A stretch of 64,000 nucleotides of DNA from Azolla caroliniana (lineage: Eukaryota; Plantae; Polypodiophyta). The notes under the pieces are model-generated. The model searched no databases and was not told where the DNA came from. It saw nothing but the letters and a program-made list of their open reading frames with translations. Location of the stretch: positions 4,154,001 through 4,218,000 of the forward strand of contig JBHGNT010000013.1 of the NCBI GenBank assembly GCA_043228905.1, read 5' to 3'. The position numbers were made by a program, and so were the translations under genes. Of the stretch, positions 51,215 to 61,895 are shown piece by piece. The first letter of the stretch is position 1. Each line of letters begins with the position of its first letter.

Positions 51215-51750
51215 CAAAGTGGAGAATATACGCCCAATCATCTTGTTGATAACGTAGAAAACACCGAAGATATTGTTCCAATGTTTGATTCATTCGTTCT
51301 GCTTGTCCGTCTGTTTGAGGGTGATAGCCAGAGGAGAGTTCACATAGGGACCTTGTGCATTTTGTAGAGATGCTTCTAGAATTTCAAGAAAAATTGGGGT
51401 TCACGTTCGTTAATCATGTTATCGGGGAGGCCATGATGCCGACATACCTCTCACATGACAGCTTTGTACAAGGCAGCAAATGTGCCATCTTTGTATATCG
51501 ATCTACTACTGTTAAGATCGTGTCGAATCCCTTTGAATCTGGAAGATCTATCATGAAATCTAGAGAAATGGATTGCCACGGCTTACTTGGAATTGGTAAT
51601 GGTTCCAACAAACCATATGGATGATGTCGTGGCCTCTTTACCTTGCAACATGTATCACATGTCCGAACATAGTCTTCGACAAGTCGTTGCATATGAGGCC
51701 ACCAAAAAGATCGTTGAACTAAACCCAACGTTTTAGTACTACCGAAATGC

Positions 51751-51935
51751 CCATCTGTATATGTGTCATGACAGTTTTGGACTACTCAAAGGTGACAAGA
51801 ACCATTAGGAACATACAAGAGTTTCTTAAAGAATAGCAATCCATCTGTATATGTGTCATGACAGTTTTGGACTACACAAAGGTGACAAGAACCATTAGGA
51901 ACATACAAGAGTTTCTTAAAGAATAGCAATCCATC
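51751..51935. repeat. 90-bp tandem duplication in L pol
   Basis: CCATCTGTATATGTGTCATGACAG at 51751 and 51841. Confidence 0.9.
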
Positions 51936-54199
51936 ATGACATTCGAATTGTCGATAGTCCATACCTGGTTGTTGCGACTGTGAACAAGATGCTCGAGAGG
52001 GATCAATTTGTGCGAGAATGGCTTGTGCTAAAGCATCTAACTTCAAGTCCTCCCGTATGTTATCGATAATGTGGGAATCTAATGGCATACCGAAGACATG
52101 CGTTGCTTACAGTCGTGCCGGTCCTAGGATTACTTGCTTTTGGTTATGCAAGCTGGCACGCCGGGACGCAGTGCTAGATACGAGCACTGTGATAATGCAT
52201 CTGCCTTCCCTTGTTGCTTACCCGGACAATATGTAATTTTGAAGTCGAAACGAGTGAGGAATTGGGCCCACTGATCTTGATTTCGATTTAACACACGAGC
52301 ATTCTGAAAGTAGGCAAGGTTTTTGTTATCACTGAATACGCGACTTGATGAGAAGATCCCTCTAGAAAATGCCTCCATTGTGTAAAAGAGTCCACTATTG
52401 CTAATAGCTCCCTATCATGAATTTCATAGTTGATTTCGGCGGCGTCAAACTTGCGTGAGTGGAAAGCCACAGGATGTAGTTTTCCATTACCACCTTGTTG
52501 TGACAGGATGCCTCAATGATGAATGGTTTTTCCGGATCAACATTAGCTAGAATAGGAGCTGATGCAAATGCCTTCTTAAAACTCTCAAAAGCCATGTCCA
52601 CTTAAACGAACAATCGTCCCTTCCTGGTAAGCTCAGTGAGAGGTAGAACAAGCTTTGATTAATCCTATATAAACTTGCAGTAGAAATTGGCAAAGCCTAA
52701 AAAGCATTGCACATCTCACAACGAACATGGAGTCTGCCATTTTACCACTATTTTGACCTTAGCTGGATCCATGGAGATGCCTTCCAAGGATATGACATAG
52801 CCCAAAAATTCCACCTGGTTGCACTCGAAGCTACATTTTTCTAATTTTCCATAAGGACTATGTTTTCGAAGCCGTTTTAGTACTAATAGTACATGAGAAT
52901 CATGCTCTTCTTGGGTCTTCGAATAAACGAACTAGATTATCAAACAAACATCCAAGAAATCTCAGAATATATCATTTTCCATGTGCTGGAAGACTATTGG
53001 TGCATTAGGGAGATCGAATGGCATGACCGTATACTCGAAGTTGCCATATCGGGTGTGGAACGTAGTCTTCCATTCATCTCCTGGTCGGATCCGTACGAGG
53101 TTATATGTTCCTCGTAGGTTGATCTTTGTGAAGAACCTTCCACCATTGATCCATTCTAAAAGACTTGAGATAAGGGGAAGTACATACCTATTCGTGATGG
53201 TGACCTTATTCAATCCGTGATAGTCTACGACGAGACGAACTGATCCATCCTTTTTCTTGACGAAGAAAATGGGTGCGCCCGCTCGAGATTTCGAATGTCG
53301 AATGAAACCGTTTGCCAAATTCTCCTCTATATAGGCTCAAAGGACTTCTAGCTCGGTTGGTGACAAATTGTAGATAGGTCCCCATGGTGACTCTTTTCCC
53401 GGTTGTAAATCGATGGGCAATCATACGGTCGGTGGTGAGGAAGCGTATTATCTTGTACCTTATCGAACACATCGGCATAATGACAATACTTCTCTAGAAG
53501 TTGAACTGTGGATTCCTCTTTATTAGTGTTGGAAGGTTTTATTGATACCGCGAAGACAAACATTGCTTCCTTGCGTCCTCCCTCACGCAATTGATGTAGT
53601 GAAATGGTTGCAATCTTATGACTAGATCCTCGGATTTGTCGATACCGTATTTCTCTTGTTCTCCAATCTATGTTTGGGTTATGTAATTCGAACCACGGTA
53701 ATCCCAAGACAATTGGATGATCTGGACTACTAATTATATTAAATGATACTACACACACCAAGTTATCTAGGAAAACTTGAATTGGCTTTGACTCCTGTAC
53801 GATTTTTCCGGAAGCAATGGGACGACCATCAATAACTATTATAGATGCTAGGCAAGAAAGTTTTCTTAGGGATATTTGATGAGCTTGGGCAAAAATCCTA
53901 TCCATGAAGCAAGAGTTGGCTCTAGAATCTAAGAGTGCTAAGGCATGTACTAGAGGAGTAATTTTAATACTAACCATTACTTGAGCTAAGAACACATTGC
54001 AAACTTGCTTAGAGGAAATGGAACCACTAATGGGTTGCACAGATCTAGGGTTGTCCAACCAAACGACTCCTATTTTGGCTGGACTTAATTGTTTAACTCT
54101 TCTTTTAGTTGACTAAGGATTTCAAATTTCTTTGAAAAGCTTGGGCTATAAGGACTATCAGACATACCTAGAGAAGTAGACTATAAGTACTATTAGTAG

Positions 54200-55159
54200 T
54201 AGCAGTTATTTGATTTACCTGCCTTCTTGGCCGATGGGGACAGTTCACTACAATATGCCCCGGTCCACCGCAATAAAGACATAATCAATTTGCCTGACGT
54301 CGCTACTTTTCTTCTTCCGATAGTGGTCCACGACGACGTGTGGTGTCGATTTCCATTGGAGTCGGAGTATTTGTTGGAGACGTATTAAATGACTCCCTTA
54401 GGAAAGGCTTTGCTACAACTGAAGCATAGGTGGGCTCCGATCTTGCACTCGGCATTTGAACTGATGTTTCGAACGTCGTTCGAAGAGACGGTTATCGCAT
54501 CGTACTGCGCAACCGATTGCTTCTGTCAATGACTTTGGTTCTTCGGGGAAGGTCAAGAGTAAATCCTTAACATGGTTATGTAGGCCATAACGAAATTTCT
54601 CCATTAATACTTGGTCATCCCACGGGACATCAGAGGCGAGTAGACAGAAATCTACGACGTATGCGGAGGCTGGACGATAACCGTGACGTAATCGTCAGAT
54701 TTTGTTGATTGTTGTCCTTATGCTATCAATATCTCCAAAATTGTTTAGTAATGGAGAGTACTTTTCTAACAACGGAGCGAACCATGCCAAAGCTGAGCCA
54801 CTTAACAACGTGTGTACTAGACCCACTCGTGATGCATCGGTGGGATATCGGGAAGGATGCATTTGAATGACAATTCGTACCTGATTAAGGAATCCTCTAA
54901 ACTATGATCGCATTCCATTGAATTTCATAGGAAGGTTGATCTTGGGTTCTTTAGGAATCCCTTGCGTACTTGGTCCTTGTTGTTGCAACGCTACAATGGT
55001 CGCTTCGAGCTGTTGCACGTGTAACACTAGTTCCCCATGTTGTTGTTGCGTCAGCTGCTTCTATAAGGAGATTTCTTGTTCTAATGCTAGAAACTTCTCT
55101 TTCAAGCATTGCAACTCCAAGAAAACGGATTGATATTCTTGAGCGCTAACAGTGGCCAT
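54200..55159 (-). pseudogene. gag: L gag
   Basis: Homologous to I gag (VKDLLLTF, CDNRLFER, PTPMEID). End approximate. Confidence 0.8.
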
Positions 55160-55243
55160 AGTATGAGAGAAAAGAGGAACAAGAGATTAGTATGAAGGGA
55201 GGGAGAAGTAAGAAGCTAAAATGAAGAGAAGGAAGGAGACTGA

Positions 55244-55257
55244 AAATCAGTTCAAAC
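55244..55257 (-). promoter_or_regulatory. L self-priming PBS (Tf1 type)
   Basis: GTTTGAACTGATTT after the LTR, complementary to AAATCGGTTCAA at 55479-55490, about 30 nt downstream of the TATA box. Confidence 0.8.
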
Positions 55258-58200
55258 TGTCAGGAACAATACTAAGATAGAGAAGTACTATGAGGAACAG
55301 TACTAGGACAGAGAAGGAATTAGTACTAAAAGACGAAGATTAGTACTAAGGGAGGTGTAGAACTCTTGAGAGAAGGAAAGAGTGAGTGTGTGTGTGAGAG
55401 AGAGAATGATATGATAACAAAAGATATATATTATGTGAAGAGAATATATAGTAGTAGCTAGGAGGCTTAAGACTGGCGTTGAACCGATTTGGTTCGAAAT
55501 AATGCCTTGTGCCTCCTTTTATAGTGTTCTTAGGAGTACTCTTGAAGTTTCTAGAATGTTCCAGAGAAATCTAGAATATACGTCTATTTTCTATAGTAAA
55601 AATTAAATGAAAATAATATTCTTTGTATTACAATATATAGTCTAATTGTCAAGAGCTCGACCCATGTAACATAAGATCATGGGTTTGAATCTTGTCATAT
55701 CGTAACAATGACCTACTTTGTGTTGTTTTTGGACGGACTGTTCTTAATTTGCGACATATTACCTGTTTCACATGACCCAATGTTATTTGATGATGCTTTT
55801 TAATATACTTAATCATCCCCCATCTTGTCTCGTTGTTCATTAGTGCTCTCTCTCTCTCTCTCTTCCTCTCCCACACATACACACATCTCTCATAATCTTC
55901 CACTTCTTAACTTAATCACATAATTAGGTACTAATTAACCCATAGTTAATTACCTAATTCTTAACAATGACTTTGGGCTTTCAGCCAATGTTGGGGTCCA
56001 CAGTTTTGAATGTTAGGGTGTCATGGATTTGAATGTATGGTCAAACTATGTATGTGATATTTTTTTAATCTTTTCCCCTGTTTGTTTTACCTTAACCTAT
56101 GTTTAATCCATCATCATGCTTAGCCTATTATGAAGAATAACTTGATGTACTTACAGTCGGAGAGGAAAAACAGAAAATAGACTTCGAGACACAAACACAA
56201 GTAATCACATACAAATTTACGTGGGAAAACCCCTAAATGCAGGGTAAAAAAACCACGGAGCAAATATTTCACTATAAGATAGGTAATACAAAGCATATAA
56301 AAGATACGACATGTTTAGGTATAAAGGTTCTTTGAGGTTGCTATCGGAAACCACAGTTTCAGTCGAGGTCACCAAACCCTAACTTGTTTAGGTTTACCTA
56401 TTTTGGAAGCCCTCAAGACTTCTCTGCACTCTCTCTCTTTTACCTTTGTCTCACTCTCTATTCTTACTTTATCTCTTGCTCAGTCACACATGGTCTAAGC
56501 TCTCACACACACTCAGAACTCCTTCAGTTCACACTCATTCACTATTCTTTTCTCGCGCTTCTCACACACACACGACTTTGTGGTCTCTCTCTATATATTC
56601 TTTTCTCTCACGCTCAGGTAATCATATATATCAATAACCTCACAACTATCTATCTATCTATCTATATGTATGTATGTATGTATGTATTCGACCATTCGGC
56701 CGATTCCATTCGGTCTCTCGGCTGATTTCCGCTAGCCGACCCTCGTTTGGCCTCTCGGCCGATTTTGGCTTTCAGCCATCTCCCCCATTAGGAGGGACAT
56801 GGTTTCATAACAAACTCCCCCTTCACTCCTGTATGGGGGGATGTCGACCATAGTAGTCTTTCACCGACAAGCGATGAGTTTTTCCATAGATAAAATTTTA
56901 GTAAGAATGTCGGATCAATTTTCATCAGTATCGATCTTCGCTAAAACAAACTCATTGTCATCCACTCTCTCGTAACCAGTGATACCTTCTTTGAATGTGC
57001 TTTGTACGAGAGTGATAGGAAACATTCTTGGCCAGGTGGATGGCACTTAGATTATTGCAACGAGGTAGGAATGTTTCTTGCTTCATTCCTAGTTCACATA
57101 GAAAATCCCTCATCCAAAATCAATTATTTCCCAGCCTCCACTGCAACCATGTACTCAGCCTCTGTGGTCAACAAATCCACAACCTTTTGCAATCGTGATT
57201 GCCATGCCACAACTCCCTTTGCATAGCTCATCACATACATTGATGTGGATCGGTTGGAATCTACATCACCCGCCATATCAGAATCTATGAAACCTTCAAG
57301 CATAGGTTTCCCGGAGCCATATCTAAGGCATACACTCGAAGTACCTTTTAGATATCGAAGTATCCATTTCACGACTGCCCAATGATCCTTTCTAGATTAC
57401 TCATGTAACACCTGACTATTCCAACAGCAAATACAATGCCTGGCCTCATGCAAACCATGGCATACATTAGGCTCACAACAACTGAGGTATATGACACCCT
57501 TCTCATCTTAACCTTATCTTTCTCAGTTTTAGGACATTGACCTGAATTTAGCTTATAGTTTTCCGGCAATGGAGATCCAAAAGATTTTGCATTGTACATG
57601 TTAAACCTTTGCAAAACCTTTGTCACATATTTCTCTTGTGACAGCCATAGAATGTTTTTAGTCTTGTCCTAGACTATATGCATTCCTAAAATCTGTTTTG
57701 CCAGACCTAGTAAATCTTTCATGGCAAAGGATTTTCTTAAAGCCTTGTTCAAGCTAGCAATCTTCTTAGCATTCTGACCAACAATTCACATATCATCTAC
57801 ATACAACAAAAGGATCAGAAAAACACCTTAATCATACCTTTTCACAAATACACAATGATCATGATTCAACATGAAAGATTCAAACTTTTTCTAGCACTGT
57901 TGAGGGGCTTACTTCAACCTATACAAGGTCTTCCTCAATCTACATACAAGATTCTCTTTTCCTTTCACCTTAAAGACCTCTAGCCGCTACATATAAATTT
58001 CCTCTTCTAACTCACCATGGAGAAATGTTGTATTTACATCCAACTGTGCAATTTCTAGGTTCATACTGGTAGCCATGCCCAAAACAGTTTAGATGGAAGT
58101 TCTCTTGACTACTAGAGCAAAAATCTCATCAAAATCAACAGTTCACTACAATACGGGCCTTATACCTAGGTGTACTTCCATCTTCTCCAGTCTTTAGTTT

Positions 58201-61200
58201 GTAGACCCATTTGTTTCTAAGTGCCTTCTTTCCATCAAGCAACTCCTTTAGATCATAGGTGTGGTTCTTGAAAGACAGATATGCACGGAAACGTATGTGA
58301 CGACCTGTCGGTTATGCTCAGCAAACAACACAGAGGGAAGGCAAGAAGATATAGACAAATGATAGATACACACAGATAAAGTTTTAATGGAAGCTCTCTT
58401 TATTTCTATTCTCTCTCTCTCTCTCTCTCTCAGAGACTCGATGTAAGAATGATCAAGTGATCTCTTCTTTACAATGTTAGGTTATTGCTTATATACTAAG
58501 ACCTAACTATATGGACGAGTTCACACTAGGATATAAAGTGCAAGGAGTCAGCCTTTTATGCCAACAAACTCCCCCGTAAAAGGACTACTCTTTCCTACAT
58601 GTAGATGTGTTTGGGATTGTCTCCCCCGTAAACCTAGATTACAACACTAATCTAGATTTATGTTACAAGTCGGTTAGCATATAGGTGAGGTCGGTGTCAA
58701 GCTTAGCATGGCTCATTATCATGATTGATTTGGTCGACTCTTACCTTTTGCTCCTCATTCGGTTTTCTTTTGCTCGGTCACTTGTCGTAGTCCCATCTTT
58801 GTCGTTAGTGCTCCGAAGCGTTGATCTGGGAGTGTCTTTGTCAGGCAATCGACGATGTTCACCTCGGTGTTGATCTTTCGGACTTCAAGCCTCTTCTCAA
58901 TTTTAAGCTCCGGGATGTGATGATATTGTACCTCAATGTGATTCATCTTTGCGTGATAGAAGGGATTGTTAGTGAGGTGAATTGCGCTCTGAGTCGCAAT
59001 AGATGGTCAGTGTTGGTCGGTCGATTCGGCTTGTAGACAAAAAGTTGGCAGACAATCGTTGCAGTCAGATCTCTTCCTCCGCTACCTCTGATGCTGCTAT
59101 GTACTCGGCCTCTATGGTTGACAGGGCCATGCACTCTTGAAGCTTCGACCTCCATGATATCACACCGCCACCATTGGTGAAAATATAGCCTGATGTTGAC
59201 TTCCGGTTGTCCGTATTTCCGGCATAGTCGGAGTCAGTGTAGCCTTCGACTTTGGCTGAGGTTGTCAAACCGAAAATTAGTTGTGTATCTTCGGCCCCTC
59301 TTAGGTACCTGAAGATGTTGTTGACGGCCTCCCAATGCTTCCGTCCTGGGTTTGACATGTACCGACTGACCACTCCTACGACATAGGCTAGGTCGGGTCG
59401 GGTCGCGACCATTGCATACCATTGCGTACATGATACTTCCTACGACCGATGCGTTGGGCATCTTTCCATTAAGCTCTCTCTCATTGTCTGTTGAAGGAGA
59501 TTCTTTGTCAGATAGTCGGATCGACGTCGGAAGCGGTGTTCGTGCTCGCTTCGCATTCTGCATGTTGAAGCGCCTCAACACCTTTCGGATATAGTCGGAC
59601 TGGGAGAGTTGGAGAGTCTTGGTCGTCGAATTTTGATGGATCCTCATGCCCAATATGTGACAGGCTTGTCCGAGTTCCTTCATCACGAACTTGTCGTAAA
59701 GGCTTCGCTTCAGCTTTCCAATCTCTGCTTGATTGCTTCCTGCAATCAACATGTTGTCGATATATAGGATTAGATAAATCCTAGACTCATCGGCCAATTG
59801 CAGAACATACATACATGGGTCGGAGTCGGATTGGCGGTATCCAAGTTGCCTGATGTAGGAGTTGAACTTCTAGTACCACATCCTCGGCACTTGTTTCAAG
59901 CCATAGAGACTTTTCTTTAGTCAACATACAAGGTGACTTTCCTCCCCCGTTGCCTTGAAGCCTGCCGGTCAAGACATGTAGATGTCTTCTGCTAGATCTC
60001 TGTGTATTCGTCTTTACATCCAACTGCTCTAGCTCTAGGTCTTCTGTTGCCACAACTCCTAGTAAGAGTCGGAGTGTGGTCATCTTGACTAGTGGTGAGA
60101 ATATCTCATTGTAGTCGACCCCATGTTCTTGTTTGAACCCTTTCGCGACAAGCCGAACTTTGTACTTGGGTTTCTCTGACTCAGATACATATTTGTATCA
60201 GAAAACCCATTTGCAAGGTAGCGGCTTTCTTCCAGCTGGTAGTTCGACCAGCTCCCATGTCTGATTCTTGTGAATCGAGTCCATTTCAGATTTCATGGCT
60301 TGGAGCCATGTTTCGGTGTCCGTTGCGGCCATAGCTTCTCCATAAGTGCTTGGTTCGCCCGCATCGGTGTAGTTGATGTAGTCGAGGCCTGGTTGAAAAA
60401 ACTTTGTTGGCCTTCGAGCTCGTCTAGATCTCTTGGGTGCCGAGATAAGTGGTTCGGATTCTTCGATCAAACTCTGTTGGGCGATTGGTATTTGGTGAAC
60501 CATTTGTGTGAGGAGTCTTGTTAGGTGACCCACCCCCAAGTCGAGATTTCGGTGGTGTCACATTGTCCTCCCCTATGGACTTTGTCGACTCGGTTCTATT
60601 TCCTACTCGCATCTTATTGACTTTGCCTTGTTTGACTCTTGTCGAATCGGCTTTGTCTTTGATGGCTTTGTCTTCGAGTTTGACTAGTGGACTTCCTACT
60701 AATTCGGAGTCGGCGGGTATGTTGTCGACTTGGTTGAGTTCGACTTTTTGTTGAGTCTGTGAGTCGGCCCGGTGGGTCGGTCCTTCTACGATGTCTCTAT
60801 CATCTTTGAAGGATACCTTTTTACCAACAATTTTTTGTTGGTTCTGCTGAGAGAAGATAGAGTCTTCATTGAAGACTACATCATTGCTTTGGATCAGTTT
60901 CCGGTTCTCAAGGTCCCATAGCTGGTAGCCAAAGTCCCCATCGGTTCCGTAACCGAGAAATATGCATTTTGTTGCATGGGGTGCCAATTTGGTCTTTTTC
61001 TCCCTTGAGATGAACGCATAGGCTTCGCATCCGAATACATGGAGCCTATCGTAGGTCAGTTGTTTGCTTAACCATAGTGCCTTTGGCACTTCGAGCTTGG
61101 TTCCCTTTGACGGTGCTAGATTTACCAAGTATATTGTAGTCTGCAATGCTTCAACCCAGAACTCCAGCTTCAGTCCAACTTGTTGGAGCATTGTCGTCAC

Positions 61201-61471
61201 CCTATCCTGGATAGTTCAGCTGATCCGTTCTACCACTCCATTCTGCATGGGTATGTCAGGAATAGTCTTTTGATGCCTGATCCCTTTGTTGGACAAGTAC
61301 TTCTTGTAGGCTCTGGAGATATATTCACCTCTGTTATAAGATCCAAGTGTCTTCACTCTGTGTCCCAACCGGTTCTCCACTTCAGATGTCAACCGAGTGA
61401 AGACCTCAAGCGCTTTGTCTTTGGACCTGATGGAGTAGGCCAAGACCTTCCATGTATAGTCATCTACAAAG

Positions 61472-61895
61472 TGTCATAGACATATACCACAGAGGAAGGT
61501 AGGGATTGAAGCCAAGACCTCATGGTCTCTATTGGGCAAACCCTACCACTTGAGCTACATATGCATCCTTGTATTTAATTCAACTTCATGTGGTGTAGAT
61601 TGAACATGGGAAGTTCCTAGCTTACATGCATTCTCATTCTCTAGCTTGCATGCATCCTCATGCATTCTCTATTGCACGCATCCTCATGCGTACTCTATTG
61701 CATGCATCCTCATGCACTCTATTTCTAGATGGCTTACATAGCCCTACCCTCTTGTATAAATACTCATGTGCACCTTGATTCTAATCAAGGTGAACAACAA
61801 GAGTTACGGATTCTATAAGTTGAGTTCTTGTTCTTTTCCTCTCTCTTGTTGTCCAGTCTTATCTTCGTTCTACTCTATTATACTTGTCCGTGACA
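61472..61895 (+). mobile_element. Solo LTR inserted in K's integrase
   Basis: TGTCAT...GTGACA with TSD CAAAG at 61467-61471 and 61896-61900. TATAAATA near 61755. Confidence 0.92.
61501..61558 (-). promoter_or_regulatory. tRNA-like A/B-box cassette in the solo LTR
   Basis: Minus strand reads TAGCTCAAGTGGTAG ... GGCTTCAATCCC. Confidence 0.65.

Larger units (their letters stand above)
49093..54058 (-). pseudogene. pol: L pol with C-terminal chromodomain
   Basis: [50 protein letters not shown]...YLVDWLGY...TWEP. Confidence 0.92.
48651..55707 (-). mobile_element. Element L: full-length decayed Tcn1-like chromovirus inserted in F's 3' LTR
   Basis: 450-bp LTRs 48651-49100 and 55258-55707. TSD ATGTC/ATGAC (one mismatch). 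PPT 49101-49119. gag-PR-RT-RH-INT-chromodomain. Confidence 0.93.
17448..55966 (+). mobile_element. Element F: short non-autonomous Copia (about 1.5 kb of its own sequence) hosting D, G and L
   Basis: Partial 5' LTR 17448-17786 and PBS remnant TGGTATAAG. Internal pieces 17787-18018, 37282-37419 and 48120-48388 join across TSDs and match E's 3' region. 3' LTR is 48389-55966, split by L. Confidence 0.85.

Noticed and set aside
14166-61558. Functional tRNA genes at the A/B-box cassettes
   Set aside because: No complete acceptor stems or cloverleaves, and all lie inside LTRs. Reported as tRNA-like cassettes only.
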